Assembly (NCBI GenBank): GCA_012960805.1
Contig: DUAO01000010.1
Location: 1 to 40,906, forward strand
Length of the DNA stretch: 40,906 bases
Direction: 5' to 3'
From: Flavobacteriales bacterium
GTDB taxonomy: Bacteria; Bacteroidota; Bacteroidia; Flavobacteriales; BACL11
A model generated the notes under the pieces. It worked only from the letters and a program-made list of their open reading frames with translations, was not told where the DNA came from and ran no database searches. The position numbers and the translations under genes were made by a program. Positions 27,354-35,658 of the stretch are shown piece after piece. The stretch's first letter is position 1; each line of letters opens with the position of its first letter.

Positions 27354-29594
27354 CTATTTAGCAATAGTAATCTTTTGTATGAAAGTTTCATCTCCTTTTG
27401 TGATGTTTATAAAGTAAACGCCACTACTTAAAGCAGTCACATCAATAGTGTTTTGGTAATCAGTAGTTAATACTGCTTTTCCAAATACATCATAAATAGT
27501 TGCTGAAGTATAATTTCCATCAATAACTAATCTATCTTTTACCGGGTTAGGGTATAAGTTAAAAGAGAATGTATTAGGTTCTTCAATTGAGTTAGTATTA
27601 CAAGCAGCATTACATGTTGCCAATGCACTATAGTTTCCTATTCCTGTTCCTGGGTCTACACAACCATTTACAGGGTCACAATCCCAAGAGTCAACAATAT
27701 TTATACTAGTTAATGCTGTTTTTCCTGCATTCAAAATTTCACCTGTCACTGCATTAATAATCATAACAACAGTATGTGCTTTAGTCCAATTAAAACCAAC
27801 ATCATTATACCCCGCTAATGAATTTGTACTTACATCAGTAAATATATGATTGTATATTCCCAGATTCACAGTTCCTGAAGGAAGACTTCCAGCATCTCCT
27901 AAAATATCATTATTAGAAAGCGATCTGGCAACATGATCATATCCTCCAAAACTTGCTGAAGGTACTGGGGATGCTGCAGTATTAAAACTAAAACCATTAT
28001 TTACATTAGCAGGGAAAGTCATATTAGTACTATTTCCTGAACCTCCAGGGCCATAATAGTTCTCTTGATCCCAACTAGAATTACTGCTTTGTAAGTCATC
28101 CTCAACAATAACACATGATAACCTGAAGTCACCAATTATATTACCGAAAAATTCAGCCTCAGTTGCAACACTTATTTTATTTGTTGATTGATCATAAACT
28201 GCAGTAATGCTATTTACAATACAAGGGACAATATCAGTTACTCTAGTAGCATGCATAGTTGAAAAATAAGCTGGGTTATCTTCCAAAACTCTATCCACTC
28301 CTCCTCCTGGATATCCTCCAGGAATATATGTGCCAATATTATCATCATATGCACTAATAGTCATTGGGTCGCCATTATGTACGGCTATTCCAATAAAACT
28401 TGATGTTGACTCCATTTCTCCTAAAGCAACAGCCCCTCTTGGACACCATCCGCACCAAGTTCCAGTTTTTTCTTCTCCCACTGTGGTTTTAGCAGGGATA
28501 GAGGTTAATCCTGCAATAGTAGTCGTTAAAGTGTTATTAGATGTGTCTAAATCAGCTGCATATTCTAACCATACAGTTAATGAATTTGCAGCAAGACTAT
28601 TTACAATAAGTTGTGCAGAATGTGTAAAGTTGTAAGTCCCATTCATTATAATATTTAAACCAGTTAAATTATCAGTATAAGTATTTGTCCCGTCTGACCA
28701 TTTAACATCAATACTAGTGATAAGATTTAATCCTCCATTTGTAATAGTGCCTTTAATATCAACATTAGTTGGATTTACAACATAGGCATCAATATCTAAT
28801 GCTGTTAGGATAGGATCATCAACAGGAGGGTCGCCTAATTCATATGAAAAGAGTGAAATCCCTTGGCTTATTCCAATCATTGAATTTGTACCTGTAACAA
28901 AATTATTACAGACAAATAATCCACCTGCAAGTCCACTAGATCCAGTTCCTAAGTCAGTAGTAGCGTCATGACTAATGCCTGTTGGAATACCTGTCATGCT
29001 TAATTGTATAATATCAGCACCATTTCCTCCCTGATCAAAAGCCCATAAATAAGGTCCACCCGTAGAATATCCATCATAAGCCATGCCGTAAATCGCACCA
29101 AGTCCGTGAGTTACTGAAGAGATTGTTGAAAGGGTTGCTCCGGTCATACTAACAGACAAAATATCTGAACCGTAAGCGCCTGTCCAAAATCCTCCATTTC
29201 CATTATCTAACGCAGGGTCAAAAGTTAAATATCGACAAGCAGGTACAGATGTATTTATTGTTGATACTAACGTTTTGGTAATTGGATCTACTTGATAAAT
29301 TGCAGCAGCAGCAGTACCGATATAAATATAGTTTCCATCAGTTGTCATGCTTCTAGTTCCTGTTATTCCTGAGATAGTGAAATTACCTGTCATGTTGCCT
29401 AAAGCGTCTGCAGTGTAAATGTTATTATCTGCCCACTTAGAAACCCAGAATTCAGATCCTGTCCACATAACTCCAGCTAATCCACTTGCAGGTGAAAATG
29501 AGACAATTGGATCAACATCCAATTGAACGTTCCATAATTGTGCTTGTGTTTGTAGCCCAAAAGCTACAAAAAGAACTAATAATAATTTTTTCAT
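27354..29594 (-). CDS. T9SS-sorted secreted protein with propeller-like N-terminal region and an Omp28-like/thioredoxin-like WCGWCP domain
   Basis: 746 aa. Signal peptide MKKLLLVLFVAFGLQTQAQ. C-terminal T9SS sorting domain (NLYPNPVKDRLVI...GVYFINI...IAK). An internal EEKTGTWCGWCPRGAVAL...IGIAVHNGDP segment (CxxC at nt 28440-28457) resembles the EEFTGxxCxxCP region I recall from Omp28-related proteins. Confidence 0.7.
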   Translation of the reverse strand: MKKLLLVLFVAFGLQTQAQLWNVQLDVDPIVSFSPASGLAGVMWTGSEFWVSKWADNNIYTADALGNMTGNFTISGITGTRSMTTDGNYIYIGTAAAAIYQVDPITKTLVSTINTSVPACRYLTFDPALDNGNGGFWTGAYGSDILSVSMTGATLSTISSVTHGLGAIYGMAYDGYSTGGPYLWAFDQGGNGADIIQLSMTGIPTGISHDATTDLGTGSSGLAGGLFVCNNFVTGTNSMIGISQGISLFSYELGDPPVDDPILTALDIDAYVVNPTNVDIKGTITNGGLNLITSIDVKWSDGTNTYTDNLTGLNIIMNGTYNFTHSAQLIVNSLAANSLTVWLEYAADLDTSNNTLTTTIAGLTSIPAKTTVGEEKTGTWCGWCPRGAVALGEMESTSSFIGIAVHNGDPMTISAYDDNIGTYIPGGYPGGGVDRVLEDNPAYFSTMHATRVTDIVPCIVNSITAVYDQSTNKISVATEAEFFGNIIGDFRLSCVIVEDDLQSSNSSWDQENYYGPGGSGNSTNMTFPANVNNGFSFNTAASPVPSASFGGYDHVARSLSNNDILGDAGSLPSGTVNLGIYNHIFTDVSTNSLAGYNDVGFNWTKAHTVVMIINAVTGEILNAGKTALTSINIVDSWDCDPVNGCVDPGTGIGNYSALATCNAACNTNSIEEPNTFSFNLYPNPVKDRLVIDGNYTSATIYDVFGKAVLTTDYQNTIDVTALSSGVYFINITKGDETFIQKITIAK

Positions 29595-29625
29595 AAATCG
29601 TTTTTTTTGAAATTAAATAATCATA

Positions 29626-29633
29626 CAAACTTA
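29626..29633 (-). promoter_or_regulatory. Candidate -7 box (TAAGTTTG) for the 27354-29594 gene
   Basis: The reverse complement of 29626-29633 is TAAGTTTG, about 30 nt upstream of the ATG at 29594. Confidence 0.35.
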
Positions 29634-29668
29634 CTAAAAAACCAATTAGTTTAATCATACATTATAAT

Positions 29669-29676
29669 TATGTTTG
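29669..29676 (+). promoter_or_regulatory. Candidate -7 box (TATGTTTG) for mazG
   Basis: It matches TAnnTTTG and lies 21 nt upstream of the mazG ATG. There is no clean -33 TTG. Confidence 0.35.
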
Positions 29677-29697
29677 CAATCTATCTAACATCATGTA

Positions 29698-30474
29698 ATG
29701 GAAAATAAAACAAAAGCATTTGCACGTTTACTTACAATTATGGATGAGCTTAGGGAACAATGTCCTTGGGATCAAAAACAAACTATGGATAGTTTACGCT
29801 ACTTAACTATTGAGGAGCTATATGAACTTTCAGACGCTATTTTAGAAAAGGACATGCCAGAAATTAAGAAAGAATTAGGAGATATCCTTTTGCATATTAT
29901 TTTTTATTCTCGTATTGCTTCTGAAACAAATGATTTTGATATTGCTGATGTTATAAATGATATTTGCGAAAAATTAATACACCGACATCCTCATATTTAT
30001 GGAGATGTTAAAGTAGCAGATGAGAAAGAGGTTAAGAAGAATTGGGAGAAATTAAAATTAAAAGAAGGCAGAAAATCTGTTCTAGAGGGAGTTCCAAAAT
30101 CATTACCTGCTATTGTGAAAGCTTTCAGAATACAAGAAAAAGTAAGAGGCATTGGTTTTGATTGGGATAATAAATCACAAGTTTGGGAAAAGGTATTGGA
30201 AGAAATTGAAGAGCTAAAAGTAGAAATGAAAAAGGGGGATAATGATAGAATAGAGTCAGAATTTGGAGATGTACTTTTTGCACTTACTAACTATGCTCGA
30301 TTTATTAATGTGAACCCTGAAGATGCTTTAGAGCGAACAAATAAGCGTTTTATTAAACGCTTCCAGATTATGGAAGAAATGATTACTAAAGATGGGTTAA
30401 GTCTTTCTGATATGAAACTTTCTGAAATGGATGTGTATTGGGAACAAGCAAAACATATATATAAAAAGGTATAG
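29698..30474 (+). CDS. mazG: Nucleoside triphosphate pyrophosphohydrolase MazG
   Basis: 258 aa with tandem MazG domains. Motifs include CPWDQKQT, EELYELSDAI, ELGDILLHI, HRHPHIYG and the second-domain EFGDVLFAL. Confidence 0.9.
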   Translation: MENKTKAFARLLTIMDELREQCPWDQKQTMDSLRYLTIEELYELSDAILEKDMPEIKKELGDILLHIIFYSRIASETNDFDIADVINDICEKLIHRHPHIYGDVKVADEKEVKKNWEKLKLKEGRKSVLEGVPKSLPAIVKAFRIQEKVRGIGFDWDNKSQVWEKVLEEIEELKVEMKKGDNDRIESEFGDVLFALTNYARFINVNPEDALERTNKRFIKRFQIMEEMITKDGLSLSDMKLSEMDVYWEQAKHIYKKV

Positions 30475-30537
30475 TTAATATATAAATGGATGCATATTAT
30501 TATCATTGCAACTTAATTTTTTTAAAAAAATCAAAAA

Positions 30538-32112
30538 ATGAAACAAACACTAATTACCTTTACAATTCTTACTTCAGTATTATTTGTAAATGCACAAAGT
30601 TTTAACGGATTTGCACTTTATAATGCTCAAGGGTCAAATACAACCTATTTAATTGATGAAAATCAAAATATTGCTCATACTTGGAATATGAGCACTGAAT
30701 GTAACTATACTGTAGCTCTAAAAGAAAATGGAAATTTAATAAGAGGTACTAAAGGGAATACGAGTTTATTTAGCACTGGAAATATTGCCGCTGGAGGAGG
30801 TATGGTTCAAGAAATTGCTCCAGATGGGACTATAGTGTGGGAATATATTTATGCAAATAGCGACCATATAAGTCACCATGATCTAACATTAGTTGGTGAT
30901 AATGTTTTACTTACTGCTTATGAAAAGAAGACTTCTTCCGAGTTAAATGATGCTGGATTTAATAATGCAAGTTCTGAAAAATGGCCAACTCATTTTGTTG
31001 AGTTAGCACCTGATGGTAATGGAGGAGCTACAATTGTTTGGGAGTGGTATATTTGGGATCATATGTGTCAAGATACTGATCCTAATGGACCTAATTACAT
31101 TTCAAATATTGCAGACAGTCCTGAACTTATTGATATAAATATGATACAAAGTCAAGGAGGTCCAGGTGGAGGTGATTGGTTTCATGTAAATGGTGTCGAT
31201 TATAATGAGGATTTAGATCAAATTGTTTTCTCATCTCGTTTTGCATCTGAAATTTATATAATTGATCATTCTACAACAACTGCTGAGGCCGCTACTCACT
31301 CAGGAGGAAATTCTGGAATGGGTGGTGATATATTATACAGATGGGGAAATCCTTCAAATTACGGTATGTCAGGATCTCAAATTATTGATAATGCTGTGCA
31401 TGATGCCAGGTGGATTACTGATGATGGAAGACCAAACGGAGGATATCTACAAATTTTTAATAATAGTGGAGTAAGTAGTACTGTATCTGCAATAGATGGT
31501 ATTGAAACTCCTTTAGATCCTGCTACTGGATATACTTATTTAAGAACTTCTGGGCAAGCTTTCGGTCCTGCTTCATATACAACTAGATATGAATGTGCTT
31601 ATTCATCCTCTGGTCAATCAGCTTCTGATAGAATGTCAAACGGAAACTTATATGTGAATGCTTCTGGAGGGCAAGGAGGTGCAGGAGTAATGTATGAGGT
31701 AGATGAAAATGGGGCTGTAGTATGGGGACCTTATAATGCTCAATCTCAAAAAGGATTCAGGTATGAATGTGATTATCCTGGTATTATAGCACTTGAGCTA
31801 TTTATAAATACTGCAACAACATCTTGTTTTACAGCAACCGCTATAAATGATGTTGATGATAATGTAATTTCAATATTTCCTAATCCAACAAACGGATCAA
31901 TTAATATAGTAATAAACCAATCTATAAGTAGAATTAATGAAATTAGTATTTTTAATATTTTAGGTCAACCTGTGTATAATAAATCTATTAATGAGGCGGG
32001 TGAGATGGTGTTAAAAGTAGATTTGAGTGAATATTCAGAAGGAATATATATTCTTAATTTGTTTCATAATACTGGAAAAATAGATGCTAGACGAATATCG
32101 TATATTAAGTAA
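30538..32112 (+). CDS. Secreted arylsulfotransferase (ASST)-like beta-propeller protein with T9SS C-terminal domain
   Basis: 524 aa. Signal peptide ...LFVNAQS. The blocks SHHDLTLVGDNVLL, WEWYIWDH and DWFHVNGVDYNEDLDQIVFSSRFASEIYIIDH resemble the ASST family as I recall it. The T9SS CTD is IFPNPTNGSINI...GIYILNL.... The family call needs an HMM check. Confidence 0.5.
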   Translation: MKQTLITFTILTSVLFVNAQSFNGFALYNAQGSNTTYLIDENQNIAHTWNMSTECNYTVALKENGNLIRGTKGNTSLFSTGNIAAGGGMVQEIAPDGTIVWEYIYANSDHISHHDLTLVGDNVLLTAYEKKTSSELNDAGFNNASSEKWPTHFVELAPDGNGGATIVWEWYIWDHMCQDTDPNGPNYISNIADSPELIDINMIQSQGGPGGGDWFHVNGVDYNEDLDQIVFSSRFASEIYIIDHSTTTAEAATHSGGNSGMGGDILYRWGNPSNYGMSGSQIIDNAVHDARWITDDGRPNGGYLQIFNNSGVSSTVSAIDGIETPLDPATGYTYLRTSGQAFGPASYTTRYECAYSSSGQSASDRMSNGNLYVNASGGQGGAGVMYEVDENGAVVWGPYNAQSQKGFRYECDYPGIIALELFINTATTSCFTATAINDVDDNVISIFPNPTNGSINIVINQSISRINEISIFNILGQPVYNKSINEAGEMVLKVDLSEYSEGIYILNLFHNTGKIDARRISYIK

Positions 32113-32117
32113 ATATA

Positions 32118-34382
32118 ATGTTGTTAAAACGACTTCCTATTTGTATACTTTTATTATTGTTTTTTCATATTTCATTTTCACAAAATAGTTTTTATGATAC
32201 TGATAGTGTAAGAGAAATACGTATTAGTTTTTATAATACAAATTGGGATTATCTTTTAGATAGTCTGTATGTACAAGGTGATAACGATAGAATTTTAGCT
32301 GATATTGAAATAGATGGAGATTCCTATGATAGCGTTGGGATCCGTTATAAAGGGTTTAGTTCTGTTAGTGTAAATCGTCTAAAAAACCCCTTCAATATTA
32401 AGTTAGATTACATAATTGAAGGACAAGACCATCAAGGCGTAGACAAACTTAAACTTTCTAATGTTATTCAGGATCCTTCCTTTATCCGAGAGGTGTTGTC
32501 TTATGAAGTATGTCGTAAATACATGCCATCATCTCAGGCAAATTATGCAAATATCTTCATTAACGATACCCTTTGGGGTTTATACACAAATGTTGAAACA
32601 GTAAACAAAAGTTTCCTGATTGATCATTTTGATAGTAAGTATAATTCATTTTTTAAATGTAATCCTGAAAATTTAAATGTTCAAATTGGTGGAGAAAATG
32701 CTAACTTAAGCAACACTCATGGAACTGACAGTAGCGACTATTATCCATTTTATGCTCTAAAATCTGATTATGGATGGGAAGATTTATACAATCTGATTGA
32801 CACATTAAATAATGTTTCAGACAGCATTCATCACGTCTTAAATGTGGATAGAACCTTATGGATGCATGCTTTAAATTATTCAATGATAAATTTTGATTCT
32901 TATATAGGATATGGACAAAATTACTATTTATACAAAGATCAGGCAAATCAGTGGAATCCAATAATTTGGGATTTAAATATGTCGTTTGGAGGCTTTAAAT
33001 TAACAGATGCTTCACAACAATATTTTAATGGTTTTGATATTACTCAAGCTCAGAATATGGATCCTCTCACACATTATTATCATACTTCCCAGCCTCCTTT
33101 TAATACTTTGAGACCATTGTTAAAAAATTTATTTTCTTCTGAGAGAAATAGAAAAATGTATTTGGCACATATGCGAACAATAATGGAAGAGAATTTTGTT
33201 AATCAGGATTATTTTGTAAGGGGGCAAGCCTTACAGAATTTGATTGATCAGGATGTGCAAAATGATACTAATAAATTTTATACTTATTCTGATTTTATAA
33301 CAAACCTTACAAGTCAAGTTTCATTAGTGGCATCAATTTGTCCTGGTATTGCTCAATTAATGGATAGTCGCTCAACTTATTTAAGTTCATATTTAGGATA
33401 TTCAGGTGAACCTATAATTTCAAATATCGCTTATACTCCTCAAAATTTCATTTTAGGTGATGACATATGGATAACAGCAGAAGTGATAGACGCAACTTTT
33501 GCAAAAGTAGCTTACCGATTTGGAAAAAATGAACGATTTAAATCAGTAGAAATGCATGATGATGGTAACCATAATGACGGCACATCAGGTGATGGAATTT
33601 ATGGATGTAAAATAAGTAATTGCAGTAATTCATTAGATTACTATTTATATGCTGATAATGATTCTGCTGGAGTTTTCTCCCCAGCAAGAGCTGCTTATCA
33701 GTACTATACTATTCAAACTACTATTCAACCAGGAGATTTAGTTATAAATGAAGTTATGTCTAATAATATAAGTACAGTAACTGATAATAGCGGAAAATAT
33801 GAAGATTGGATTGAACTATATAATACAACCTCCTCTCCAATTTCAACAAATGGTTTGTTTATAACAGACACGCTTGCTTATCTTCACAAATGGAATTTAC
33901 CTAATCATATTATCCCACCTAATTCTTATTCTATTATTTGGGCTGATGAGGACGGAAACCAAGGAGAGGAGCATTCAAATTTTCAATTGTCTAATTTAGG
34001 AGAATCACTTATTTTATCTAATTCTGATAGTTCAGTTATTGATTCTATAACTTTTCTTCCTCAATTAGATGATATAGCTTTTGGAAGAAGCCCTAATGGT
34101 ATTGGATCTTTTACTATGCTAACACCAACCTTTAAAGCGAATAATGATTTCCCCAATTTAATTGATGAGATAAGTGAGAAAGTAATAATTTATCCTAATC
34201 CTTTTACTGATGTTTTATATTTGGAAAAGAAAGAGAAAATTGAAGTTAGGGATTTATTAGGTAAAATCATTTATAGCGCAGCAAGTGCAAATCGAATACA
34301 AACATCAGATTGGGATTCAGGGGTTTATTTCATATCTTTGAAAGATAAAAGACAGACTATAAAAGTTATTAAAATTAAATAG
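32118..34382 (+). CDS. CotH kinase-fold protein + lamin tail domain + T9SS C-terminal domain (paralog 1)
   Basis: 754 aa with a signal peptide. CotH blocks: KNPFNIKLDY, LKLSNVIQDPSFIREVLSYEVCRKYMP, ANIFINDTLWGLYTNVE and NYYLYKD...IIWDLNMSFG. LTD block: LVINEVMSNN...YEDWIELYN...SNFQLSNLGESLIL. CTD: IIYPNPFTDVLYL...GVYFISL. Confidence 0.85.
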   Translation: MLLKRLPICILLLLFFHISFSQNSFYDTDSVREIRISFYNTNWDYLLDSLYVQGDNDRILADIEIDGDSYDSVGIRYKGFSSVSVNRLKNPFNIKLDYIIEGQDHQGVDKLKLSNVIQDPSFIREVLSYEVCRKYMPSSQANYANIFINDTLWGLYTNVETVNKSFLIDHFDSKYNSFFKCNPENLNVQIGGENANLSNTHGTDSSDYYPFYALKSDYGWEDLYNLIDTLNNVSDSIHHVLNVDRTLWMHALNYSMINFDSYIGYGQNYYLYKDQANQWNPIIWDLNMSFGGFKLTDASQQYFNGFDITQAQNMDPLTHYYHTSQPPFNTLRPLLKNLFSSERNRKMYLAHMRTIMEENFVNQDYFVRGQALQNLIDQDVQNDTNKFYTYSDFITNLTSQVSLVASICPGIAQLMDSRSTYLSSYLGYSGEPIISNIAYTPQNFILGDDIWITAEVIDATFAKVAYRFGKNERFKSVEMHDDGNHNDGTSGDGIYGCKISNCSNSLDYYLYADNDSAGVFSPARAAYQYYTIQTTIQPGDLVINEVMSNNISTVTDNSGKYEDWIELYNTTSSPISTNGLFITDTLAYLHKWNLPNHIIPPNSYSIIWADEDGNQGEEHSNFQLSNLGESLILSNSDSSVIDSITFLPQLDDIAFGRSPNGIGSFTMLTPTFKANNDFPNLIDEISEKVIIYPNPFTDVLYLEKKEKIEVRDLLGKIIYSAASANRIQTSDWDSGVYFISLKDKRQTIKVIKIK

Positions 34383-34384
34383 AT

Positions 34385-35620
34385 ATGAAAAAGGTTTTAC
34401 TAATAATAATGTGCTTTATTGCAATGCAATTAGGCGCTCAAACTATTACAAACTACACTACAGCAGATGGTCTTGTTGATAATTTTGTAGAATGTATTGA
34501 TATAGATGTTAACGATAGTCTTTGGATTGGAACTTCTGTTGGTGTTCAAATGTTTAGTGGATCTTCAGGAACAGTTTATGATATGGTAAATTATCCTGGA
34601 ATGCTATCAGATAATATTAAAGTTATTAGCGGCACTTCTACTGGAGATATATGGATTGGTACAGATTATGGTGCAAGTAAATTGACAGCTGGTTTTAGCG
34701 GGATGTTTTGGCTATCTTATACAACTACAGATGGACTTATCAGTAACCAAGTAAAAAGTATTGATGAGGATGTAAATGGAGGAATATGGATTGGAACCAA
34801 CCAAGGCGTTTCTTATTTTGACGGTAATTCTTGGATATCTTATTCCTCTCCTGATTTGCATTGGAGTGGGGTGAATGCTATAGCTTTTGACTTAAATGGA
34901 GATAAGTGGTTTGCTTCACCACTAGGGGGTGTTACTCATTTTGATGGTGCAACTTTTACTAATTACGATACCTCAAATGGATTACTTTCACAAAATGTGA
35001 CCGCTTTACTTATAGATAATCAAGATAACAAGTGGATTGGAACAGACCTTGGAATGTCTGTTCTTAATGCTTCAAATTCATCTTTTATTGATTATATAGA
35101 GATGTATCCCCTTCCACCACCTCATGATTCTATAAACCCTGTAGTAGATATTGCAATGGATTCATACGGAAGAATATGGACTGCTATATATGTAGGATAT
35201 TTAGCAGAAGGCGGGATAGCAATGTGGGATGGTAATCAGTGGTTTGATTTTGATGTAAGTGATGGATTAATTGGACCAAATGTAAGAGGGTTAGCAATTG
35301 ATTCCCAAGACAATGTATGGGTAGCAACTAGTGCTGGGGTTTCTAAAATATCTTCTATTCCAAGTACAGTAAGTAATATTTCAAACTCTGTTGTTGAGGT
35401 GTATCCAAATCCAACTTTAGGTAAGGTTTATATTAATACTCAATCTGAAAACTTTAATACTATTGCTGTGTACAATAATATTGGTTCACTTGTTTATTCT
35501 GAAAACCTTAAGTGTCAACAAAAAATAGAGATAGATTTCTCATCTCTTACAAAAGGCCTTTACCACATTAACTTACATTCTGATAAAGGTGTTGAAAATC
35601 ATAAACTTCTTATTAAGTAG
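34385..35620 (+). CDS. Secreted 7-bladed two-component-regulator-propeller (Reg_prop) repeat protein with T9SS C-terminal domain
   Basis: 411 aa with a signal peptide. Seven repeats of the W[IVF]GT..G type are present (WIGTSVGV, WIGTDYGA, WIGTNQGV, WFASPLGGV, WIGTDLGM, WTAIYVGY, WVATSAGV). They are interleaved with T..dGL.sN.V motifs. CTD: VYPNPTLGKVYI...GLYHINL. Confidence 0.75.
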   Translation: MKKVLLIIMCFIAMQLGAQTITNYTTADGLVDNFVECIDIDVNDSLWIGTSVGVQMFSGSSGTVYDMVNYPGMLSDNIKVISGTSTGDIWIGTDYGASKLTAGFSGMFWLSYTTTDGLISNQVKSIDEDVNGGIWIGTNQGVSYFDGNSWISYSSPDLHWSGVNAIAFDLNGDKWFASPLGGVTHFDGATFTNYDTSNGLLSQNVTALLIDNQDNKWIGTDLGMSVLNASNSSFIDYIEMYPLPPPHDSINPVVDIAMDSYGRIWTAIYVGYLAEGGIAMWDGNQWFDFDVSDGLIGPNVRGLAIDSQDNVWVATSAGVSKISSIPSTVSNISNSVVEVYPNPTLGKVYINTQSENFNTIAVYNNIGSLVYSENLKCQQKIEIDFSSLTKGLYHINLHSDKGVENHKLLIK

Positions 35621-35658
35621 ATTTCTTTTTATTTTTTAACTTTACAAAAAAATATTTT

